From: Chitinophaga sp.
GTDB taxonomy: Bacteria; Bacteroidota; Bacteroidia; Chitinophagales; Chitinophagaceae
Assembly: GCF_017745275.1 (NCBI RefSeq)
Contig: NZ_JAGHZS010000001.1
Coordinates: 1,353,449 to 1,417,448, forward strand
DNA length: 64,000 nucleotides
Direction: 5' to 3'
The position numbers and the translations under genes are program-made. Below, piece after piece: positions 28,609 through 37,432 of this stretch (its first letter is position 1; each line of letters opens with the position of its first letter). The notes under the pieces were generated by a model that was not told the DNA's origin, made no database searches, and saw only the letters and a program-made list of their open reading frames with translations.

Positions 28609-29640
28609 ATGCTGGAAGGAAAAGAACTGATCCTGGCTACCAAGCCATATGCGCGCGAAGACAGGGCCAAAAGCTGGCGCTGCACCTTGTCAACATTATC
28701 ACTGTTGGTTTTATCACTAACCGGTACCCTGCTATTACCACACCTGGCATTACAACTGCTGGCCAGCATCCTGTCAGGATTGCTGATCGTCAGGATGTTT
28801 GTAATTTATCATGATCACCAGCACCACGCCATCCTGCATAATTCCAGGATAGCAGAAGCCATTATGCTCACTTTTGGCATCTACGTATTGGCACCTTCCA
28901 GTATCTGGAAACGTTCGCACGACTATCATCATAAACATAATTCCAAACTTTTCAGCGCCAGTATCGGATCTTATCCCATCATCACCCGCAAAAAATTTGA
29001 ATCCATTACACCAGCCGAAAGACGCACTTATTTGTTCAGCCGTCACCCATTGACTATTGCAGGAGGATACCTCTCCATGTTTATGCTCGGGATGTGTGTA
29101 CAATCATTTTTGAGCAGTCCGCGTAAACACCTGGATTCCTTATTAGCGCTTATCATCCACATTGGAGGCAGCGCTGCAGTGATATATTTCCTGGGATGGC
29201 AAAGCTGGATGCTTTTTATCCTTATTCCGTTTACCATTGCCTGCGGAATAGGCGCGTACCTCTTTTATGCGCAGCATAATTTTCCGGGTGTAACTTTCAA
29301 CGTTAACCAGGAATGGTGCTATGATAAGGCCGCATTACTATCTTCCAGCCACATGCTCATGAACCCGGTAATGACATGGTTTACCGGTAACATCGGCTAT
29401 CATCATATTCATCACCTTAATGCTCGTATTCCTTTCTATCGTTTGCCGGAAGTAATGAAGGCGATACCCGCCTTACAAAATGCCAAAACCACTACGCTGA
29501 GCCTGCGCGATATACGCGCCTGCTTCCTGTTGAAGGTTTGGGATCCGGAACAGGACAGGATGATCAGCCTGGCGGAAGTTCGCGCTATCAGGTCAGCTCA
29601 ATTGATGACGAAGCCCGATCCTGTAATAGTTGCCGGATAA
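28609..29640 (+). CDS. Membrane fatty acid desaturase
   Basis: It has three histidine boxes, HDHQHH, HDYHHKHN and HHIHHL, plus TM helices. Confidence 0.85.
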   Translation: MLEGKELILATKPYAREDRAKSWRCTLSTLSLLVLSLTGTLLLPHLALQLLASILSGLLIVRMFVIYHDHQHHAILHNSRIAEAIMLTFGIYVLAPSSIWKRSHDYHHKHNSKLFSASIGSYPIITRKKFESITPAERRTYLFSRHPLTIAGGYLSMFMLGMCVQSFLSSPRKHLDSLLALIIHIGGSAAVIYFLGWQSWMLFILIPFTIACGIGAYLFYAQHNFPGVTFNVNQEWCYDKAALLSSSHMLMNPVMTWFTGNIGYHHIHHLNARIPFYRLPEVMKAIPALQNAKTTTLSLRDIRACFLLKVWDPEQDRMISLAEVRAIRSAQLMTKPDPVIVAG

Positions 29641-30292
29641 TTCGTTTTCTCGTTTCCAGTGTCAGCTGGGTAATTTCTTTTGCTTTTTGCAGTACGGGCA
29701 ATCCGGCTGTATTGGGAGAACCCGCTCTGAATGGAGGTTCGGGATTATATTCCAGTTGCAGTTGCACTACTTTTGCCAGCTCCTCACCTCCTATGATGGC
29801 GGTAAGCTGCAGCCCGAAATCAATACCGGCGGTTACCCCGCCGCCGGTGATGCGATTCCTGTCGCGCACCACCCGTTCTTCGATCGTTTCCACACCAAAC
29901 ATCCGCAGTAGCTCCAGCGAACGCCAGTGTGTGGTTGCCTTATAGCCATCCAGTAATCCGGCAGCCGCCAGCACCAGCGCACCGGTACATACGGAAGTGA
30001 TATACTTTGCCTTCACCGCCTGTTCACGCAGAAATTGCAGCACCGGCTGATCTGTCAGCAACGCATTAATTCCCCTCCCACCGGGTACAAAAATGATATC
30101 CAGCTGTGGACAATCCGCCATCGCAATATCCGGTTGCAGGGTTAACCCTCCTTCCGCACGAATGGGCGCCCTGGTAGCGCCGATAATCAATACTTCAAAA
30201 CAGGGCGCTTTGATAAATACATCATAGGGGCCTGTAAAATCGAGGATTGTTAACTCAGGGAATAGTAACATCCCTACTTTTAATTTTTGCAT
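29588..30292 (-). CDS. DJ-1/PfpI family protein (isocyanide-hydratase-like)
   Basis: 234 aa with the nucleophile-elbow motif ITSVCTGALVLAAAG and the GGGVTAGIDFGL motif. Confidence 0.85.
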   Translation of the reverse strand: MQKLKVGMLLFPELTILDFTGPYDVFIKAPCFEVLIIGATRAPIRAEGGLTLQPDIAMADCPQLDIIFVPGGRGINALLTDQPVLQFLREQAVKAKYITSVCTGALVLAAAGLLDGYKATTHWRSLELLRMFGVETIEERVVRDRNRITGGGVTAGIDFGLQLTAIIGGEELAKVVQLQLEYNPEPPFRAGSPNTAGLPVLQKAKEITQLTLETRKRIIRQLLQDRASSSIELT

Positions 30293-30447
30293 ACATGGAG
30301 CTTTAAATGCCCTACAATAATAATGCAGCGGGCTGTAAACAGAGAGCAGAACAATTATTATTCCTGCAAGCGATAATGTCCTGAAAGGTTTCTATAATGG
30401 CCGAAATACAACTGGTACGGCTGCGAAGTGTTGCCCGGGCAGCTACA

Positions 30448-31344
30448 CTAACGGTGCTGGTCATACGTATTCGCAGGTACGGCTTGCTGCAATGCCGCTA
30501 TTTCTTCCGGCAGCAGTGCAGGCGCCTGCACTGCACGCAGTGCATCTTCCAGTTGCGCTACGGTGCGTATCCCTACTACAGCGCTGCTGACAACTGGTTG
30601 CTGTAATACGAAGCGCAGGGCCGTTTGCGCCGTATCACGGGCGGTATTACTGTGTGCCCTGATGGCAGCAGCAGCGGCGGCTACGTCCTCCGTTGTATAG
30701 TTGAGATAAGGTGCTGCAGGTTTATTTACCAGCAACCCTTTGGCTACGCTTCCTCTTGCCAGTACGCCGATATGGTTGTCCTGCAGCAACGGGAAACAGG
30801 TTTCTTCCGGGCGGCGATCCAGCAAGCTGTATTGCATCATCACACTAACGATGTGTGAGCGTTTCACGTATTCCCGGATGACATTCGGCCGGATAGAAGA
30901 GATCCCATAATGCCTGATTTTGCCCTGTTGTTTTAACAGTTCAAAAGCTGCAATACTGTCGTCTATCGGATCTTCCAGGGTACCGCCATGCAACTGGTAC
31001 AAATCGATGTAATCAGTTTGCAGTCGCTTCAGGCTGCCTTCAACGGTGGCTAAAATATACTCTTTCCGTGGGTTCCAGCTCCAACTGCTTCCATCTTCAT
31101 TCCATTGATTTCCTACTTTGGAGGCAATGATCACGTCGGCTCTTTTCTGCCGTAATGCTTTGCCTACGGTAATTTCGTTTTGTCCGTGCTCGTACAGGTC
31201 GGCGGTATCAAAGAAGTTAATACCCTGATCCACAGCGTGATGGAGCAGGCGTGTGGTGTCTGCATCGTCTTTACCGAGCGACATACAGCCAAATCCAATT
31301 TCACTGATGGCCAGGTCTGATTTTCCGAGGAAACGATATTGCAT
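30448..31344 (-). CDS. Aldo/keto reductase
   Basis: 298 aa with the GFGCMSLG, FDTADLYEHGQNE and YGISS motifs. Confidence 0.9.
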   Translation of the reverse strand: MQYRFLGKSDLAISEIGFGCMSLGKDDADTTRLLHHAVDQGINFFDTADLYEHGQNEITVGKALRQKRADVIIASKVGNQWNEDGSSWSWNPRKEYILATVEGSLKRLQTDYIDLYQLHGGTLEDPIDDSIAAFELLKQQGKIRHYGISSIRPNVIREYVKRSHIVSVMMQYSLLDRRPEETCFPLLQDNHIGVLARGSVAKGLLVNKPAAPYLNYTTEDVAAAAAAIRAHSNTARDTAQTALRFVLQQPVVSSAVVGIRTVAQLEDALRAVQAPALLPEEIAALQQAVPANTYDQHR

Positions 31345-31452
31345 GATAACCGGGTTTTACAATGTTCATGATGAGCGCTTCCAGGGAAGGCCGTTTAAAC
31401 GAAGTTATAGCCAAATCTTCCATTTTTCATATAAATCCGGTATTAAAATAAA

Positions 31453-32177
31453 GGGGTTTGCTTTGATAAACAGCCCCTGTTGTAAATTTGCGTCCACCTC
31501 ATTGAGTCACGTTGTACTAACCGCTACTATTGGCAGCAATTACCATGTCTGTGAAATAATAGGGCCGCCTGGAAAAACAGCCCCTTTTTTTAGTATGTCC
31601 GATCCATTGTATATTCATCACTCCTGACCTGGTAAGGTGTATAAAGGAACCACCTGGAAAGATGGCCCCTTACCTTCCCAAATCTAAATACCCGTTGTAA
31701 AGAACACGTTATATATAGAAGACCGTTTTAGCGGCCTGTTTTTTAAATAAAGGGACCGCCTGGATAAACAGTCCCTGGATTCCGAATCAATCGCAGCATA
31801 AATGACCTTGCATTATTTACACTGTGAGGGTTTTAACATATGGCGTTTACTACATTTTTATAGGTACAATAAGCCGATAGGTATCCGCCTATTGATAAGT
31901 TTCATATGGGGACCGCTTAGACAAACGGTCCTGTGCTTAAAGCTTCCATCGTGTATGTTGCACTCCAATTCCCTTGTAAATCCCTTCATTTGTCGCTGTC
32001 ATCTGCGCTTTTCGCGCTTATCATCATTCGCTGTCATCATTCATTTCCGGCTTATGCTCACTACAAACAGGGGGGACTACCTGAATAAGTGGTCCCGTTG
32101 TACTTGTTGCAAAGACGATAACTATGATCATCCTTTTTATCAGGAAAAAACGGACTGTCTGGATAAACAGTCCCCCG
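31453..32177 (+). repeat. Cluster of 7 same-orientation copies of a ~25-nt hairpin motif (consensus GGGAC-CGCCTGGATAAACA-GTCCC) in ORF-free DNA
   Basis: Copies lie at 31453-31477, 31562-31584, 31646-31669, 31752-31775, 31908-31931, 32071-32096 and 32151-32177. A possible inverted copy is at 31721-31738. Stems differ between copies but stay complementary. Confidence 0.8.
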
Positions 32178-32951
32178 TTTAAACTATCACCCTTTGTGAT
32201 GAGCTGTTATGGTTAACTAAGCAGGTAACAAACAATGATAAAATTGCTGACTGAATAGATGATATATCACTCCCACCCCGGCAGATTGCCGAAAAATTCC
32301 GTTGATGCCGCACACGACTGCGTAGTTATTTTTTATGAGAGGTAATGATTTTTCTATTCCAGGCAAAGTACCGGTACCCCGGATGGTGTCCGGATTTTAA
32401 AGCAGATACAGAGCAGGCTTTTACCACTACATTCACTACCACCAGTACATTCAATACCTTGTTTAATTCAATACAAAAAGGAATAGATGATAATGATAAT
32501 TACCAAGAAAAGTACAGGTCTGATATTTCCTGTTGAACAAAAAAGATTGCATATGAGTTAGGTTTCAATTTTAGTTTTATCTACAATGAAGGGTTAAGCA
32601 TTTCATTGTATGATATGGTTAATCTTAGGTTTTTCCAGTTGGGTTAACTGTTACTTAAAGGTTTATCAATCTGGCGCAGACAAACTAAAAAAAAGCATTC
32701 AGGGTATAATCTCTCAACGATATCGATCGTTACAATGCAAAGGTATGGCACTACACCATACAAAAAACACCTTTTACCCCCATTTTCCGAATGAATGAGA
32801 ATGAACAGACTAGAAAATTATTGAATAAAAAGAAACGCCTGTAAGTCAAAAAATTAACGTATAAAAATTGGTGAATTGATCAGAATTGATAAATGAGGTG
32901 TATATTCAATTAGCATATTTCATACATACTTTAACGTTAGTACCGTCATCC

Positions 32952-33905
32952 ATGCAAGCACAAATAACAGGGGCCTTTTATGGTATAGCTATTGGCGATG
33001 CCCTGGGCGTACCAGTGGAATTCAAAACGCGTAGCTATCTCTCCCAAAATCCTATCCTCACTCTTACCGGCTATGGTTGCTGGAATCAGCCACCGGGCAC
33101 CTTTTCAGACGACTCTTCCTTGACGTTTTGCACAGCGGAAAGCCTGCTCACCGGATACGATATTTCCCATATGGCACAAACCTTTGTCCGCTGGGCGCAA
33201 CAGGGCTATTGGGGTGCACACAATGAAGTGTTCGACATCGGGCATACTACCCGCCGGGCATTGCAAAGAGTAGCCACCGGGACCTCTCCGCGGGTGAGCG
33301 GTGGGTTTGAAGAATTTGAAAACGGCAACGGCTCCCTGATGCGCATGATACCCATCGCTTTTTTCCTGCTGAAAGAAGCGGATATCCATTTGCGTTACCA
33401 GGTGATTAAAGAAGTATCTGGTATCACGCATCAACATTTCCGCTCCGTACTAGGTTGCTTTATTTATGTGGAATTTGTTCGTACACTGCTGCTGGGTGGA
33501 GATATGCAGGAAGCCTACCTGCAGATGCAACGATCCGTAAATGCCTATGTAGCCCAACAATCCTTTAGTACTGCTGAACTAAAACATTACGAGCGAATTT
33601 TACAACAGCAGATCGCCGGCTTTTCTGAACAACAGATAAATAGCTCCGGTTATGTAGTGCATACGCTGGAAAGCGCGCTCTGGTGCCTGCTGAACACCAG
33701 CGATTATACCTCCTGCGTATTGCGCGCAGTGAACCTGGGCGGCGATACGGATACTACCGCAGCCGTAGCTGGCGCTGTGGCCGGATTACATTACGGAATA
33801 AATAATATTTCCCCGGAATGGATTAACCAGGTGGCAAAAAGTGCAGAAATCGAACAATTAGCCAGCCGTTTCGCAGTCGTCATTAATACCACCAGTCCCC
33901 TGTAA
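32952..33905 (+). CDS. ADP-ribosylglycohydrolase family protein
   Basis: N-terminal GAFYGIAIGDALGVPVEF and C-terminal NLGGDTDTTAAVAGAVAGLHYG are the two metal-binding signature regions. The start was moved to the ATG at 32952, since the track ORF starts with TTG at 32886. Confidence 0.85.
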   Translation: MQAQITGAFYGIAIGDALGVPVEFKTRSYLSQNPILTLTGYGCWNQPPGTFSDDSSLTFCTAESLLTGYDISHMAQTFVRWAQQGYWGAHNEVFDIGHTTRRALQRVATGTSPRVSGGFEEFENGNGSLMRMIPIAFFLLKEADIHLRYQVIKEVSGITHQHFRSVLGCFIYVEFVRTLLLGGDMQEAYLQMQRSVNAYVAQQSFSTAELKHYERILQQQIAGFSEQQINSSGYVVHTLESALWCLLNTSDYTSCVLRAVNLGGDTDTTAAVAGAVAGLHYGINNISPEWINQVAKSAEIEQLASRFAVVINTTSPL

Positions 33906-34038
33906 ATACAGGGGTTTAAAACCGGCCGCATTTTTGCACATAATAGTTGTTCAGTTAAACTTTTCGTCCCTTTTACCGTCCAATAGATGACTGGAAATAG
34001 TGGATTTGTTAAGAGGATTACAACTTAATGTTAAGAAA

Positions 34039-34884
34039 ATGAAAAACAGATTTTATATACTGTTTGTGCTGATCGGCCTCCTGGGCACATTTACAGTAAG
34101 CAGCGCTGACGCACAACGGCATGGTGGCGGCGGTGGCCATTTCGGAGGTGGCGCCCACATAGGCGGCAGTCACTTCGGCGGAGGCGGTCATTTCAGCGGA
34201 AGAGTCTATTCTTCACAACGGATCTCATCCCCGAGAATGACGGCGCCCATCAACAGAGGCTATTACCACGGCTACCGCCCGGGTTACTACTATGGCCACG
34301 GTTTCTATGGAAGGCCTTACTACCGGTACTACAGACCGTATTATAATCCGTTCTTTCCCCGTTTAGGTATATATGTATCCACCTTGCCTTTTGGTTATTT
34401 CTCCCTGGGAGCAGCCTTTGGTCCGATGTACTATTACGGAGGTTCCTACTATCAATCTACCGGCGATAACAGAGGCTACAAAGTGGTAGAAGCGCCTATA
34501 GGTGCGGCTGTACCAGACTTACCGGATGGTGCACAGGAAATAACAGTAGATGGAAACACCTATTATGAATTGAACGGTACCTATTACCAGGAAACCATGA
34601 CAGATAACGGCAGACGTTATATTGTAGTAGGTAAAAATGGTAAGATCGGCGACAAAACAGTAACAGTTACTGATCAGGGTAACAATAACACCCCGGATAA
34701 TGAAGCCGGCAATAATACAGATAATGGCATGATTTCACAATTGCCGGATAATTGCCGCACCGTAAATATCAACGGTCAGCAATACTTTTTATCACCAGAC
34801 GGCATGTATTATCAGTCTGTTTTAAACAGCGATAATTCCATCGCAGGGTATAAAGTAGTGGGTAAAATGAATGCCGATAATTAA
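34039..34884 (+). CDS. Secreted Gly/His-rich and Tyr/Arg/Pro-rich low-complexity protein with two YY-motif modules
   Basis: The signal peptide MKNRFYILFVLIGLLGTFTVSSADA is followed by HGGGGGHFGGGAHIGGSHFGGGGHF and then YYHGYRPGYYYGHGFYGRPYYRYYRPYY. Two repeats are present, VDGNTYYELNGTYYQ and INGQQYFLSPDGMYYQ. Confidence 0.6.
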   Translation: MKNRFYILFVLIGLLGTFTVSSADAQRHGGGGGHFGGGAHIGGSHFGGGGHFSGRVYSSQRISSPRMTAPINRGYYHGYRPGYYYGHGFYGRPYYRYYRPYYNPFFPRLGIYVSTLPFGYFSLGAAFGPMYYYGGSYYQSTGDNRGYKVVEAPIGAAVPDLPDGAQEITVDGNTYYELNGTYYQETMTDNGRRYIVVGKNGKIGDKTVTVTDQGNNNTPDNEAGNNTDNGMISQLPDNCRTVNINGQQYFLSPDGMYYQSVLNSDNSIAGYKVVGKMNADN

Positions 34885-34909
34885 AACGATAGTTGTTATT
34901 CAGTTTAAC

Positions 34910-34939
34910 AAAAGAGCCGGTTTTTCAACCGGCTCTTTT
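34910..34939. terminator. Bidirectional rho-independent terminator between convergent genes
   Basis: The hairpin is AAAAGAGCCGGTT-TTTC-AACCGGCTCTTTT, with A/T tracts built into both arms. Confidence 0.8.
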
Positions 34940-34951
34940 CATTTATATCAG

Positions 34952-36655
34952 TTACCAGCTGCTGCTGGCTCCTCCACCGCCGGATGATCCACCTCCCCAA
35001 TCTGAAGACGAGGAAGAACTGGAAAAACTACTGGAGGAAGAAGATGAGGAGGAGGAGGAAGAAGATTCTACCAGTTTGGCAATTGTAAACCGGTAGTCAT
35101 GTTTAAACCCACAGGCCGCACAGGTATAAGGAATAATTCCCCAGCCTTCGGAAGTGTAGGTAGCGGACTTTTTCGTTAACACCGCCCCTTTCTGATAGCT
35201 TATATGCGCACAGGAAGGGCATTGCGCCACTTGTGAACGCATATTGGTATAATTCAATATTGTTTTATTACCACAGGTATCACAGCCCCATACATCGTAA
35301 TCTACCGAATGCAGTCCTTCTTCGATCACCTGCTTTTTATCCAGGAATTGATCGTCTGCCTCTTCATCCAGTTTATGCATAGGCTTCAGGCAGTGGTGGC
35401 AGTCGTACGGATCATTGCGTAAATGCGCCATGCGCCGCTGCAGCAAAGCCACGTATAACCAGAGGAAAGGCAGCGGGAAAGGATATTTGGCGCGACTGAA
35501 ATCCCGGTACAGTACGGCCAGCTGCAACCACTTTTCATGACGATCTTTCCCCCTCAGCATAATGGCTGCACGCATGGAAATAATCAATGCCGCTACGTGT
35601 ATAAACACTACCCAGGTAACGTAGTAAATTACAAGGGTTTTGATAAATCCTACGTCCGTATGCCGCTGATGCGCCACGTAATAGATAATACCAAAAGCTG
35701 TCAGATGCAGTAATACCTGCCCTATCCATCCCGGGCGGAGAAATTCGTTCTGGTATTCCGATACAAGGATAGGCTCCGCGTCAACTGCCCTATTTTTGCG
35801 CTTCTTACCAAAGAAAATGTACATCATTAACGCGGATACAATGATCCAGAAAACGATCCCAATAAAGGAAAAATCGCCGGTGTAGGAATAGGAATTACCG
35901 GAAGATGAAGAAGGATCACCGGAGGAGGTATAAGTACCTGCATAAGGTTGCGGCTCTGCATAGGTCACGTTATCACTGTCGCCAGCATCGGCGTTGGCAA
36001 CGGCACTATCGGCCGCAGCGTCATCAGTGGCCGGCATGTTAGGAGAAATATCCACTACCGGGCCAGTTACCGATGGCATTAACGAACCATCTGCCGCCGG
36101 CATGTCTGGTAACTGCGTGTAGGCGTAGTTTCCGTTGTTAAACAAAGATGCTACTGATTGAATACCATCTGTAAAAGCGGCATCATAGTTATGCTCCTTG
36201 ATACGTGGAATCATATATTCCTGCTGGATACGAAAACAAATAAGGTCGGGCATATCTGCTTCTATCCCTTTACCCGTCTCAAATTCCAGCTTACGGGCAT
36301 CTTCTACCATCAGGATCAGTAAGCCGTTATTCTTCTCTTTATCTCCTATTTTCCAATAGTTGAATAATTGATGAACGAAATCGCGGGTATCATTGTTGCC
36401 GATGCTACGCAATACTACCACGCCCACCTGCACTTTACCGGCATTATCCAGTAACGCGAGTTTCGCATTTAATTCGTTCACTGTTGCATCAGTAATCAAA
36501 TGGTCCGGATTACTGACATAGCCGCCGCCCGTTTTCTTGGGGTCCGGCACATCTGCTACGGTATACTTCTGTTGTTTGCTCTGGTCACATGAAACAAAAA
36601 ATATAAACAGCCATGCTAACAATACACTCTTCAAAAAATATGGTGGTTGCTTCAT
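34952..36655 (-). CDS. TPM-domain lipoprotein with TM segments, a four-CxxC zinc-ribbon region and a poly-Ser/Gly tail
   Basis: It has a lipobox (FFVSC) and TPM/YgcG-like motifs (VVVLRSIG, NNGLLILMVEDARKLEFETGKGIE). Three or four hydrophobic helices follow, then the cysteine pairs CHHC, CDTC, CPSC and CAAC. The tail reads SSSSSSSSSSSSSFSSSSSSSDWGGGSSGGGGASSSW. Confidence 0.75.
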   Translation of the reverse strand: MKQPPYFLKSVLLAWLFIFFVSCDQSKQQKYTVADVPDPKKTGGGYVSNPDHLITDATVNELNAKLALLDNAGKVQVGVVVLRSIGNNDTRDFVHQLFNYWKIGDKEKNNGLLILMVEDARKLEFETGKGIEADMPDLICFRIQQEYMIPRIKEHNYDAAFTDGIQSVASLFNNGNYAYTQLPDMPAADGSLMPSVTGPVVDISPNMPATDDAAADSAVANADAGDSDNVTYAEPQPYAGTYTSSGDPSSSSGNSYSYTGDFSFIGIVFWIIVSALMMYIFFGKKRKNRAVDAEPILVSEYQNEFLRPGWIGQVLLHLTAFGIIYYVAHQRHTDVGFIKTLVIYYVTWVVFIHVAALIISMRAAIMLRGKDRHEKWLQLAVLYRDFSRAKYPFPLPFLWLYVALLQRRMAHLRNDPYDCHHCLKPMHKLDEEADDQFLDKKQVIEEGLHSVDYDVWGCDTCGNKTILNYTNMRSQVAQCPSCAHISYQKGAVLTKKSATYTSEGWGIIPYTCAACGFKHDYRFTIAKLVESSSSSSSSSSSSSFSSSSSSSDWGGGSSGGGGASSSW

Positions 36656-36730
36656 TTGGGATACATTCTGCCCCTAAGATATGTTTATTTAACTTTTCAT
36701 TTAAACAGAAACGAGTATTTTAATTCCACG

Positions 36731-37255
36731 ATGAAGCCCGTTTTCGCCATCCTCACACTACTATTCTGCTTTGTGGTTACCCACTGCCTGGCGCAGGAGA
36801 AGCCCAAAGACACGGCCGTTAAACCGCCGGTACAGCTCAAAACAGTACATATCGTCCAGTATCATTTCTTTAAAGATTCGTTGGCATTCCGGAAAGAATA
36901 CGGGCGGGAGCTCACTTTCAGGCGTCCTAAGTGGTATGAAGTATATACCGGGATGGCGTTAAATATCAATAACCTGTACAAGGTGACACAGTTTAAGAAG
37001 AATAATAAGAAAATCGCGCTTAAACACTTCCTACTGAATAAAGAGCAGGAAATGTTCGTGAGCCGCACCTATACCCCCTCCCTGGTTAACAAAGTAACAA
37101 AGCTGGACAGCGACAGCCTCCAACTTTTCATGCAATACTATACTCCTGCCTATTCATTTATAAAGGACGCCTCTGATTATGACCTGTATGTAGAGATCAA
37201 AAAGCAATACGAGGCATTCCTGAAAACCCGCGACAGCCTGCCAACTCAACCATAA
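36731..37255 (+). CDS. Hypothetical secreted protein
   Basis: The start was set at the ATG at 36731 (MKPVFAILTLLFCFVVTHCLAQE, a signal peptide). No recognisable domain. Confidence 0.5.
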   Translation: MKPVFAILTLLFCFVVTHCLAQEKPKDTAVKPPVQLKTVHIVQYHFFKDSLAFRKEYGRELTFRRPKWYEVYTGMALNINNLYKVTQFKKNNKKIALKHFLLNKEQEMFVSRTYTPSLVNKVTKLDSDSLQLFMQYYTPAYSFIKDASDYDLYVEIKKQYEAFLKTRDSLPTQP

Positions 37256-37432
37256 ATTCATTTCTTTCATGCGGGCTGCGGCTAAAAAATACTATATTTC
37301 CATGTCCTTACGTTTTACTAATTACTGTCCTAACCGGGCAGTATAGTAAAGGTGTTGATAAGATTACATAAATTAGTGATCTCAAACCCTTTAACGTTGT
37401 TATTAGTTTTAAAGATGATCAATACAGCTCTC

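Noticed and set aside
31990-32040. 11-nt direct repeat TCGCTGTCATC occurring twice, 37 nt apart
   Set aside because: It is a short single duplication in low-complexity non-coding DNA with no further periodicity or structure.
31453-32177. Possibility that the hairpin cluster is a CRISPR array or an integron attC cassette array
   Set aside because: The repeats are imperfect and irregularly spaced (about 80-160 nt). No cas genes or leader are present, so it does not fit CRISPR. The GTTGTA and GTTTAAAC words vaguely recall attC R' sites, but no intI gene is present, the units are far too short for cassettes, and no cassette ORFs exist.
31391-32184. 10-bp direct repeat CCGTTTAAAC at 31391-31400 and 32175-32184 bracketing the hairpin cluster, as a possible target-site duplication
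   Set aside because: One chance 10-mer match within a 1.6-kb region is roughly what is expected by chance. There are no terminal inverted repeats or a transposase to support a mobile-element boundary.
34893-35096. Highly acidic 67-aa ORF (PPPPDDPPPQSEDEEELEKLLEEEDEEEEEEDS)
   Set aside because: It is the antisense reading of the poly-Ser/Gly tail of the TPM-domain gene and is a compositional artefact.
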